29,789 nucleotides of DNA from a virus (taxonomy: Duplodnaviria > Caudoviricetes), in the IMG/VR virus record IMGVR_UViG_3300043694_000016, positions 1 to 29,789 of that record. The stretch is one strand, 5' to 3'. Position numbers and translations under genes: made by a program. How positions within the stretch are numbered: the first letter of the stretch is position 1; every line of letters starts with the position of its first letter. The notes below the pieces were generated by a model. It searched no databases, had not been told where the DNA came from, and saw only the letters and a program-made list of their open reading frames with translations. Shown here in pieces: positions 15,645-24,028 of the stretch.

Positions 15645-18600
15645 TTAACTCCTTTCGAAAAGACTGAGTCGTGATGATTGGAGCTTTTGCAGCTCTGCCA
15701 GGTCATCGACTAACCATCGCGCAAACTCTCGACGATCAGGCGTCACTAATTGAATCATGATCGGTTGTTTTGCTGCTCGAGGCGCCTCCTGGAGTGCTGC
15801 TGACGCCGACCTCGACGCGGACGTCGCGCCTGGAGCCTGATCGATTGCTTTCGCTGCGATCGCGAGGAGCTTTGACGCCTCTGATCTCCTGGTCGGATTC
15901 GTCGGAATAATAATCTCAGGAAATCCCTCCTCGGCGAGCTTATAAATACCAGGACGCGAGGCGATTCCACCCGTCGCGAATCCTCCCATGATTCGCCTAT
16001 AATTCATTAAGCTCGTCGCGCTTTGCTTATTTCCGAGCGATGTCGAGAGATTGAATCCCGCCTGGACGAGAGCCTTTCTCATTTTGTCGGGTAAATGCGT
16101 GAGCCAGTCATTCAGCCAGTCGCCATCCTCTCGAATCGCGTCAAAATATTTTTTAGCATTGGCGCCGCCTTGTTTAATCAAACGATTGATTGAATCGTCT
16201 TGCCCTTGTGACATGATTCGATTGAAATTCGCTTGAGCGTTTTTGCCTGGCTTATTTCCGAGTGACTTTGATAATTCAAAACCCGCCTCGACAAACGCTT
16301 TTCTTAAATTGCCTGGTAAATGTGTGAGCCAGTCATTCATCCAGTCTCCGTCCTCACGAATCGCCTGAAAATATGCTTTCATCGCTTTTTGTTCCTCAGC
16401 GCTCAGCTTTTTATAAGTCGATTCAAGATCAGACAGTCCGCCCGTGATCGATTCATTTAATCCTCGAGGGAATAAAACAAGTTCGGGACCTTTTTCACCG
16501 ACGACCGCGCCGCCGCTTCTGATTGCTGTCCCGCCTTTCGCCATAAAGGGGACATTCCAGGACTTAAAAATTTTTCCCGTGTCCTCGTTCGGAATCACTT
16601 TCGCGCCTTTCGGAATATATAAGAGCTCAGGTCCCGCCTCTCCGACCAGGCTGAGTCCGCCTGGAGCGTTCCGCGTTCCTGATTGGAATCCGAGGAGGTC
16701 TTTTGCTTTCTTTCCGAGATTCGTGAAAAAGGTTGAAATGTTCACCTTTTTCGCGACGGTTTTACTTGCCTTTTCATTGATTCGGTCCGCGTCGCCGCCG
16801 TCTGAGACTTTGACTCGTTTGTTTGTATCTCGTCCGAGTTCTTTCGTCATTCCCTCGGCTTTTCTCTTTCCGTCGGCGATTTTTTGATTGACGCCCTCTT
16901 GTTCTCCTTTGATTCGGCTGATCTCACTCCTGGAGTTTTGCTGCGTTCCGAGTGTCTTGAGGAGAGTGTCGAGCTCTGTTTTCTGAGCCTGATTGAGTCC
17001 GCCTTGCTGCTGCTTTGCGTTCTCGAGCTCTTTGACTCGCGCCTGGTTTTTTGAGATCGTGTCGTCGAGCTGTTTAATTCCCTCGGCGCCTTTTGTATTA
17101 ATCCCCGCCTGAGCGAGCTGTATATCGATTAATTTGTTATATAATTCCTGCGTTTTGGTGATTTCTTCCTGAGCTTTGTTGACAGCCTCTTGTTTTTCTC
17201 CGACGATATCGGCTCGCGTTGAGACTTCTGTATTTAAGCCGTTGAGCTTGCCTTGCTGCAAAAAGAGCTCATTTTCTGCGATCGTGATCGCTGCCTGATT
17301 TCCTGACGTGATCGCGTCCTGGAGGTTCTTTTCTGCTTGCTTGACTGTCAATCGCTGCGCGTCTCGTTCCGCCCTGGCTGCGTCCAGTTCTGCGTCCTTA
17401 TTTCCGAGTTCCTGGAGCGCTGTGATCTGATCACGAATCGCCTGGTCGAGATTGGCGTCCGCTTTAATGCGCTGATTTTCTAGCTCCAGTCTGAGTTGTT
17501 CTCTCAGCGCGTCGTTTACTTCATTTAAGCCGTCTTTATTGGTAATGAGTGCATTTCCACGGTCCGAAAATGTCTGGTCGACGGTCGGCGCCTGAGCGAT
17601 GAGATCGTCATTCAGATTAAACATCGTCGAGAGCTCATCATTCGAGAGTCCCGATTTTTCCTGGAGCTTTGTTTGTTCGTCTTTGAGCTTTGCGATTTCG
17701 TCGGCCGACTTCGCGAGGTTTAGCTCCGAATTGATGTCTCGAAATCTGAGGAGCTCCTCATTCGAGAGCTGGTTTTTATCGCGTAATTGGTTATATTTTC
17801 CGGTCAAATCACTCATTTTTGAGCTTTGTTCCGCCAGGCTTTCCGCGTGGTCGAGATTGACCTCTTTTGACTTCTCGACGGCATTTTTATACAGATTGAA
17901 TCCGCCCGCTGCGAGTCCGAGCCCAGTCGCGACGAGTCCGACGGGTCCTGGTATTTTTCCCAGGATTCCGAGGAATCCCTTTCCGCCTCCCATGACGCCC
18001 AGGAGAGGAGAGACGATTTTCATGACGCCGCCGAGCCCAGTCGTCATAAATCCGAGCGCCGTCAGCGTCGGTCCCGCTGCTGCTGCGATTCCGCCCACCG
18101 CGAGCGCGGTCTTTTTGGCTCCAGGTGATAAATCATTAAAGGCGTCGGCGAGGTCGCCCGCAACGTCAGCGACTTTCGGGAGGACATCCTCAGCGAGATC
18201 GACGAGCGCCTCTCCGACTGGCTCGAGGTCGTCCTGGAATTGACGCCATACTTTCCGCGCGCGCGCTCCGAGATTATCCTGGAGCGCTTTTGCTGCTGCT
18301 TTTGTGGAGCCTCTGAAATCTTTCATCGCGATGTCAGTCTCAGAAAAAAACTCCACAAACTGAGGTCCCAGGTCCTCGATTGGCGTTCCCATGAGTTCGA
18401 TCGCGAGGCGATTTCGGTCCGCGCCTTTTTCTACGCCCGCGAGTGCTGTCATGATCACTCCAAACGCTGCGGACGCTTTGTCGCCTCCTGATTGAATGTC
18501 ATCCGTGATCTGTCCATAATTCAGACCTAATTCCTCGACGGCTGCGATCGTATTGTCAGCGCCGTCCGTGATCTGTAAAAAACTTTCTTTTGTCGCGTCG

Positions 18601-19619
18601 GCGAGTTTGTCGAGACTGAAAAGTCCTTTTTCTCCGCCCCGAACAAACATTCCCATCATTTCCTCAGCTGAGAATCCGAGATTTTTAAACTGGGTCGAAT
18701 ATTCGAAAATACTGTCGATAAATTCGTCCGAAAAGTTAGCGCCTCGCTGAAAACCCGCCGTGATCATGTCCATCGCGTCGACGCCACTGACGCCGAAATT
18801 TTTCATTAATTGTCCCGCCGCGCGCGTCGTCTCAGCGACATCGGCTCCGAAAACTTCTGACAGTGTAAAGGCTGCCTCAGTGACATCCTGGAGCTCGCTG
18901 TCCGCGAGATCGCCGAGTCCCTGGCGTATTAAAGCGATTGAGTCCGTGACTTCGCTGATATTCTCCCCGAATCCCTGAGTCCATACTTTTTCAGCGATGT
19001 CGGACAGCTCTGAGGCGCGCTCCGCTGTGATTCCGAGTTGAGCCTGAATTTTTCCCTGAGCTGCGTCGAAATCGATCGCCGTTTTTCCCGCTGCGATTCC
19101 GAGTCCCGCGATCGGCGCTGTCAGCGTCGCCGTCATAGCGCCGCCCGTATTTTTCATATTTTCGCCGAGATTGGTCAGGCTGTCGCCCGCCTGGTCCACT
19201 GATCGACGAAATTTCGCCCAGGATGATGTCGCCTCAGCCTGATCTCTCCTCAGTCCCTCAAGTCTGTCGGATGTCCTCTCGACGGACCTTTGCATATTGT
19301 TGAGCGCTGCGACTTGAGCGTTATAGTTCCGCGCTGCTTTTTCAGCCTCTTTCGAGCCTTTTCCGAATTCAGCTGAGAGTTTTTCGTATTCTTTCCGCGA
19401 TTCGGCGACGATTGCCTCCTGGACCTGGAGCTTTCGATTCAGTCCCGCGAGCGTCGTCTCATACTTTTCGATCGATTGATCAGCGCGATCAAACGCTGAG
19501 AGATTCGCTTTCATTTCCGAATTGACTGTTTTTAATTTATCTTTTAATCCCGTGAGCCCTCGGCTGAGCGCTGTCGTCTCGAGTCCGAGGTCGATCGCGA
19601 GTCCTTCGATTCTTTCCAT
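15645..19619 (-). CDS. Tail tape measure protein
   Basis: 1324 aa, Ala/Gly-rich helical and coiled-coil. MERIEGL.I.L.L start, C-terminal VGE.GPEL motifs. Confidence 0.95.
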   Translation of the reverse strand: MERIEGLAIDLGLETTALSRGLTGLKDKLKTVNSEMKANLSAFDRADQSIEKYETTLAGLNRKLQVQEAIVAESRKEYEKLSAEFGKGSKEAEKAARNYNAQVAALNNMQRSVERTSDRLEGLRRDQAEATSSWAKFRRSVDQAGDSLTNLGENMKNTGGAMTATLTAPIAGLGIAAGKTAIDFDAAQGKIQAQLGITAERASELSDIAEKVWTQGFGENISEVTDSIALIRQGLGDLADSELQDVTEAAFTLSEVFGADVAETTRAAGQLMKNFGVSGVDAMDMITAGFQRGANFSDEFIDSIFEYSTQFKNLGFSAEEMMGMFVRGGEKGLFSLDKLADATKESFLQITDGADNTIAAVEELGLNYGQITDDIQSGGDKASAAFGVIMTALAGVEKGADRNRLAIELMGTPIEDLGPQFVEFFSETDIAMKDFRGSTKAAAKALQDNLGARARKVWRQFQDDLEPVGEALVDLAEDVLPKVADVAGDLADAFNDLSPGAKKTALAVGGIAAAAGPTLTALGFMTTGLGGVMKIVSPLLGVMGGGKGFLGILGKIPGPVGLVATGLGLAAGGFNLYKNAVEKSKEVNLDHAESLAEQSSKMSDLTGKYNQLRDKNQLSNEELLRFRDINSELNLAKSADEIAKLKDEQTKLQEKSGLSNDELSTMFNLNDDLIAQAPTVDQTFSDRGNALITNKDGLNEVNDALREQLRLELENQRIKADANLDQAIRDQITALQELGNKDAELDAARAERDAQRLTVKQAEKNLQDAITSGNQAAITIAENELFLQQGKLNGLNTEVSTRADIVGEKQEAVNKAQEEITKTQELYNKLIDIQLAQAGINTKGAEGIKQLDDTISKNQARVKELENAKQQQGGLNQAQKTELDTLLKTLGTQQNSRSEISRIKGEQEGVNQKIADGKRKAEGMTKELGRDTNKRVKVSDGGDADRINEKASKTVAKKVNISTFFTNLGKKAKDLLGFQSGTRNAPGGLSLVGEAGPELLYIPKGAKVIPNEDTGKIFKSWNVPFMAKGGTAIRSGGAVVGEKGPELVLFPRGLNESITGGLSDLESTYKKLSAEEQKAMKAYFQAIREDGDWMNDWLTHLPGNLRKAFVEAGFELSKSLGNKPGKNAQANFNRIMSQGQDDSINRLIKQGGANAKKYFDAIREDGDWLNDWLTHLPDKMRKALVQAGFNLSTSLGNKQSATSLMNYRRIMGGFATGGIASRPGIYKLAEEGFPEIIIPTNPTRRSEASKLLAIAAKAIDQAPGATSASRSASAALQEAPRAAKQPIMIQLVTPDRREFARWLVDDLAELQKLQSSRLSLFERS

Positions 19620-19635
19620 GAGTTTTCATCCTCTC

Positions 19636-19797
19636 TCAGTCCGCCTCGATTTCCCACTCCTCCAGGATGTCGCCCGTCTCAGCGTCCATATAAAAAAATT
19701 TATTTGAGTTTTCGGCTGCTGAATATAAGCTCACGACCAGGATGTCAGGAAATCCGACCTCATGCCCGTCCCAGTCTGAGCTCCAGTGTAAATCCAT
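19636..19797 (-). CDS. 53-aa acidic hypothetical protein between chaperone and TMP (not in ORF track)
   Basis: GGAGG RBS. MDLHWSSDWDGHEVGFPDILVVSLYSAAENSNKFFYMDAETGDILEEWEIEAD. Fills the gap almost exactly. Confidence 0.7.
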   Translation of the reverse strand: MDLHWSSDWDGHEVGFPDILVVSLYSAAENSNKFFYMDAETGDILEEWEIEAD

Positions 19798-19800
19798 TTT

Positions 19801-20013
19801 TTAACCTCCAAACGCCGCGATGAGTGATTTCGTTTCTTTCGGTTGATGTTGTTCCCTCAGAATCTCGATCATGAAATGATAAGGCATATTTAAGATGTCA
19901 TTGATGTCCTTTCCTTGTTTCATAAAATCGAGAATAATTTTATCGAGGTATTCTTTTTGCTTGCCTGGAGTGAAATCCTCATCGGTCAGGCTTTGTTCGT
20001 TAAATACTTTTTT
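19801..20013 (-). CDS. Tail assembly chaperone gpGT-like extension reached by -1 frameshift
   Basis: Slippery A AAA AAG at 20013-20007. The -1 frame is open to TAA 19801 (VFNEQSLTDEDFTPGKQKEYLDKIILDFMKQGKDINDILNMPYHF...). Confidence 0.85.
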   Translation of the reverse strand, partial: KKVFNEQSLTDEDFTPGKQKEYLDKIILDFMKQGKDINDILNMPYHFMIEILREQHQPKETKSLIAAFGG

Positions 20014-20330
20014 GTATCGTCGCTCTGCGCTCCTTGAGTAATAAAGAGAATTTGTTCATATAGAATCCTGGAGGCGTCGGGAGCGTGTAATCCGTTGAAA
20101 AGCTCCTCTTTTGAAAATTGATTATTATAAATTCGAGCCGCGACAAAATCGATCATTTTGTCCAGGAGGTCCTTTTCGGTTTTCGCCTCGTTGATCTCCT
20201 CGATCATGTCGAGAGCCTCGTAAATAATCGAAAAAGGAATAAAGACTGGAGTCAGATATTTTTGTGTGACGATCTCGCCCTCTTTGACTTCTTTGACGAT
20301 CTCGATCATATTTCGTTTTAAATTAGCCAT
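19986..20330 (-). CDS. Tail assembly chaperone (gpG-like)
   Basis: Position between major tail protein and TMP, Y.TP.FIP and IY.NQF..EEL..GLHAPD motifs, terminal slippery site. Confidence 0.88.
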   Translation of the reverse strand: MANLKRNMIEIVKEVKEGEIVTQKYLTPVFIPFSIIYEALDMIEEINEAKTEKDLLDKMIDFVAARIYNNQFSKEELFNGLHAPDASRILYEQILFITQGAQSDDTKKYLTNKA

Positions 20331-20350
20331 AAAATCACCTCATAAAAAAT

Positions 20351-20381
20351 AAAAAACCAGGATGTCACTCGACATCCTGGT
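20351..20381 (-). terminator. Intrinsic terminator/attenuator after the major tail region
   Basis: ACCAGGATGTC-ACTC-GACATCCTGGT with a U tract on the minus strand. Confidence 0.65.
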
Positions 20382-20565
20382 CCTTTTTCGTTTCTACAAT
20401 TTCGCGAATGACTGGCTGTCCGAGCTTATTATCTGCTGATAATAGGGTCGTCAGTCGGTCCTCACTTATTTTTTTATTCCCAGGCGTCGGATAGTGATCT
20501 CCGACTTTATATTTTTTATTTTTGTCTTGAGAATCGACAAAATTCTGTATAACTTCATATTTCAT
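20365..20565 (-). CDS. 66-aa small virion-associated protein (Y.V...F.D......Y..GD.YP...R...L....N..G.P.I family)
   Basis: GGAGGG RBS. Motif recalled from small head-region proteins of Firmicute siphophages. Confidence 0.7.
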   Translation of the reverse strand: MKYEVIQNFVDSQDKNKKYKVGDHYPTPGNKKISEDRLTTLLSADNKLGQPVIREIVETKKDQDVE

Positions 20566-20581
20566 TTTTTAGTCCCTCCGA

Positions 20582-21184
20582 TTAAGGTCCCGCGACGAAA
20601 TCAGGATGATTCGCTCCGAAAATTGCTGTAAATAGCGCGTCACGTTGAGCCGTCGCGTTAGGTAAATCACGACCAAAAATCACGGATTTTTCGCCCGTGA
20701 ATCCGTCGACATCGCGGTCCATAAATTCCGCCGTGATTTCTTCGCTTGAAAATTCTACACCGTCCGCCTTTGTTGCGCCCGTGAGAGTCGGTCTCATAAA
20801 AATTCCCTTTGTTAGTCCTACCCATTCGCGCGAGCCATCCTCGAAAGTTTTTGAGAATATAACCGCGACATATGGAGGAGTGTCATCGGGTCCGTATGCT
20901 GTTAAGCCCGCCGCGACATCCAGTCCGAATAATTTCGCCTTGTCCTCATTCGGGACCGTGTGAAATGCTCCAGTCACCGAAATATTTCCACTCGCGACCG
21001 CGATCTCAGCTGTCCGATTATCTCCAAACGCGCGGACTGCCTCTTGAGGCATTTCGATGGTAATATTTTGTAAAAATTCGACTCGTTCAGGCGTTCCCGT
21101 GATGATTGCCGCCTCAGTTGGGTCCAAAACTCCATAATAAAATTCATCGACTCCCGTACTAGCTCGATAATTTTTTTCAACCAT
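20582..21184 (-). CDS. Major tail (tube) protein, phi13-like
   Basis: TGVDEFYYG, A(F/Y)GDN..AE.A, PPYVAV.F, WVGL.KG.F motifs and position. Confidence 0.92.
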   Translation of the reverse strand: MVEKNYRASTGVDEFYYGVLDPTEAAIITGTPERVEFLQNITIEMPQEAVRAFGDNRTAEIAVASGNISVTGAFHTVPNEDKAKLFGLDVAAGLTAYGPDDTPPYVAVIFSKTFEDGSREWVGLTKGIFMRPTLTGATKADGVEFSSEEITAEFMDRDVDGFTGEKSVIFGRDLPNATAQRDALFTAIFGANHPDFVAGP

Positions 21185-21390
21185 AAAAAAATCGCTCCTT
21201 TTCCAATTTAAGGATATTTTTATCCAGGTCTTAAAAAAACGGCTTTAAAAAACACCTCTCCACGGCTTTTCATGAAAGGTCCCTTTATACTTTTTCGTGA
21301 ATCGTTTACTTTTCAATCTGAGTCAAATATGAGCTTTTAGGCGCTATATTGACAGATTTCCGGTCTTATGCTTATAAAAAAATGGTATTT

Positions 21391-21804
21391 TTACAGATTA
21401 TCGATCGCGATCACGATACTCCCGACGGGAAATCGAGCAACGTCTCCGACTTCGACCAGTTTTGGCGTCGTGAGTGTTCCACTGACTAAAATATTTCCAC
21501 CTGAGCCCGCGTCGGATAAAAAGAAGTGAGTCACGGTCCCCCAGGCGCTCGTCGCCTCAGGAAAAATCAACTCGATCAGATTATCGATCGAATTATCCGC
21601 GCCCGTCGCTGTCGACCAGGTCGTCTTGTCATTCGCGACCGTGATTCGCGCGTAAGCTCCGCCGCCTGGCTCCGTGATTCCAGTCCCGTCGTCAGCGATT
21701 GGCGCTGTCGAGAGTCCCAAAAAGAGCGAGGCGGACGGCGTAAAGGCTGTTTGTCCGAAAACATTATTTAAAACCGTATTTCTCAAAAAATCATTAAAAG
21801 GCAT
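21391..21804 (-). CDS. Small beta-sandwich structural protein of a widespread 'phage tail fiber/accessory' family
   Basis: L.LGL.T...D.G...TE..GG.YAR...N...I.FP.AT..WGTVTHF...DA.SGGN.L..G.L...K.V..GD...F..G.I pattern. AGGAGG RBS. Confidence 0.75.
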   Translation of the reverse strand: MPFNDFLRNTVLNNVFGQTAFTPSASLFLGLSTAPIADDGTGITEPGGGAYARITVANDKTTWSTATGADNSIDNLIELIFPEATSAWGTVTHFFLSDAGSGGNILVSGTLTTPKLVEVGDVARFPVGSIVIAIDNL

Positions 21805-21818
21805 TTTCTAACCTCCTT

Positions 21819-23636
21819 TTATGTCCATGAAATATATGACAGTCTGATATAACCGTCGCCCGTCATATTCCACTCAGGCGTTGAGCCGCCCGCGAAAATG
21901 GAAATATGGACCGTATCGATTTTACTGTTATCGGTCCGATAAATAAGATCAGTTTTATTCAGGACCTCGACATCGTCGAGCCAAATTTTTAAAGCTCCAT
22001 TTTTATCGCTGCCCGTGTTCAGTTTTGCCCAGTATTTTACTTTGTGGGCTTTTGTATTCGTGAAATAGCCGAGCGTCTCGCCGAATGTGTGTCCAAAATC
22101 TCCAGGCATTTCGTAATAATATAAATACGGAATGATTCGCCCGTCCTCTCTCCACATCATACGGACCGAGAATCCGTCGCCAGTTCTCGCGCCGTCTCCT
22201 GAGCCGCCAGTATAACCCGCACCGCCTGAGAATCCAGGCACTTTTCCGCCCATGCTCCACGGGAATCCCGCGTCGAATCGGATTTCATACTCGAATGTAT
22301 ATTCATTTTTTGGCACGATTTTAGCTTTAATGATTCCGCCCGTGTTCGCGCTGCCGAGCATACCAGTAGGTAAATAAAAGCGTAAACGTCCTGACGTGTC
22401 CGTTTTTAATCGGTCGCCGCCTTGCAGCGTGTCGACATTCCCGAAATCGTTTGTCGCTGCTGCCGTGTCATAAATCGTATAATTCGGATATCCCTCAAAA
22501 TCGACCAGGTGATTTTCGAAAGTTTGAATCGATGACGCTGTCGCTGCGACTTGATTCGAATTTTTCGCGCCTCTAATATTTACAGATTTTAATTTGTAAT
22601 AGTAAATCGTCCCCGCGACCGCCGTCGTGTCTGTGTAGGTCGTCGTCCCGTCAGTGATTTCGATAATCATAGGACCTAAATTGTCAGGGTTTGTTGTTCT
22701 GTAAAGTTTATAACTATCCGTTTTTGTTGTTGGTTCCCAGTCAATTCGAATCGCGTTAAATAATTCCGTCGCTTCGATTGTTGGTGTACCAGGAAAAACA
22801 GATTCGACGCTGATCGCTGCTGATTGATTAGTCTGAGACGTGATTCCGACTCCGAGATTAAAAAACGACCGAATCGACATCGCCGCCGCGTTTGACGTAA
22901 GAGCCAGGACGTCGGCCGAGTATGATTTCCTCAGTCCGATCGCTGCCTGGCTGTCTGTTGGTGTCAATGAGGAGACAATTAAATCGATCAGCGAGATCGT
23001 CTCCAGGGTCCCGTCTATTTTGCTTTGACTGACAGTAATAAAGTTCGCGAATCGCGATCTTTTTAAACTTGCATTTGTAAAAGAGTCGGAATTTATTTCG
23101 CCTATAAAATGCAAATATTCTCCGACGCTGCCCGATAAAAAAACCTTTGTTTTTTCGTTGACGATTGCTGTCAGGCTCAGCGTTTTATTCATTCCGCCTA
23201 TAATGACAGACTCAGCGCCTATAAAAATGACGAGATCATCTTTCGCGTCGAGTTCTCTCTGAATCCAGGCGTCAGAATAGGTCCGTTTTCGATATCTCCT
23301 GGCGTCACGAAAGACGCCCGAATCATATTCATTAAGACCTCCGACTTGAGAAAATCCTGCTCTCCATAAAAGAGATTCGATTCTCTCCGCGATCTCGCGC
23401 GTCGTGTCGCGTGTTTTGCTCCAGGATTCCACCTGAAAAAGTCCATCGTAAATGAGACGCTCGTTATCGCCGAAAATAATTGGAATCGGCACGTCGAGAG
23501 GCTCGATGATAATATACGGACCGTCCTCGATTGCCATCGAGTCAGGGAATTCATAAAACTTGATTTTTCCTGACGCCTGGTCCGCGATCTCTTGATCACT
23601 GATCAGCACGTCATAAATCGTCTTGAGAATGTCCAT
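21819..23636 (-). CDS. Tail terminator/completion protein fused to a beta-rich stalk, FN3 domain and PL14-like polysaccharide lyase
   Basis: aa 1-120 IKFYE.P..P.I.I.PLD.P.P..FGDN..FQVE.W..FRDARRY is tail-terminator-like. The FN3 part has I.W...YKLYR..Y.D..V.G..YYY. The lyase part has GGKVPG, GFSVRMMWR, LNT...NG.L..W.D and IFAGGS. Confidence 0.8.
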   Translation of the reverse strand: MDILKTIYDVLISDQEIADQASGKIKFYEFPDSMAIEDGPYIIIEPLDVPIPIIFGDNERLIYDGLFQVESWSKTRDTTREIAERIESLLWRAGFSQVGGLNEYDSGVFRDARRYRKRTYSDAWIQRELDAKDDLVIFIGAESVIIGGMNKTLSLTAIVNEKTKVFLSGSVGEYLHFIGEINSDSFTNASLKRSRFANFITVSQSKIDGTLETISLIDLIVSSLTPTDSQAAIGLRKSYSADVLALTSNAAAMSIRSFFNLGVGITSQTNQSAAISVESVFPGTPTIEATELFNAIRIDWEPTTKTDSYKLYRTTNPDNLGPMIIEITDGTTTYTDTTAVAGTIYYYKLKSVNIRGAKNSNQVAATASSIQTFENHLVDFEGYPNYTIYDTAAATNDFGNVDTLQGGDRLKTDTSGRLRFYLPTGMLGSANTGGIIKAKIVPKNEYTFEYEIRFDAGFPWSMGGKVPGFSGGAGYTGGSGDGARTGDGFSVRMMWREDGRIIPYLYYYEMPGDFGHTFGETLGYFTNTKAHKVKYWAKLNTGSDKNGALKIWLDDVEVLNKTDLIYRTDNSKIDTVHISIFAGGSTPEWNMTGDGYIRLSYISWT

Positions 23637-24028
23637 TAAATCCCCTCCTCGATCGCTCTTTTAACGGCTGCGCGATATTCTCTTTCGGAATTTTTCAGCG
23701 CTCGAGCGATCGCGCCTTTCCCCCGAGGATTCGGATTTTTTACAGTTCCCCACTCATTAAGATGGATAATCCGATATCGTCCCTCAGGTCCTTTCCAGTG
23801 AATCTTGACGACTCTGACGCCCGCCTCAGTCATCGGCTCCGAGATCGTGACCTCCTCGACGGTCGCTCCAGTGTCTCGAAAGGTTGCGAGCTGCCTTCTG
23901 AGCTCCTGGACAAAAACATTCGCGCCCGCCTTGAGAGCCTCGTCCGATATCCGCCTCGCTGCCAGGTCGCCGAATCGTCTTTCGAGCTGCTTTAAAAGTT
24001 GACTTTCGCCTGAAATTTTTACGCCCAC
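23636..24028 (-). CDS. HK97 gp10-like neck/tail component
   Basis: V.I.G..QL...L, F.DTGAT..E, RYRIIHLNEWG motifs and position. Confidence 0.85.
   Translation of the reverse strand: MGVKISGESQLLKQLERRFGDLAARRISDEALKAGANVFVQELRRQLATFRDTGATVEEVTISEPMTEAGVRVVKIHWKGPEGRYRIIHLNEWGTVKNPNPRGKGAIARALKNSEREYRAAVKRAIEEGI

Noticed and set aside
20560-20590. SPP1 gp17.1*-style +1 frameshift at CCT TAA fusing the major tail protein to the 66-aa gene
   Set aside because: The +1 frame hits TAA two codons before the downstream ATG, and the -1 and read-through frames also stop quickly.
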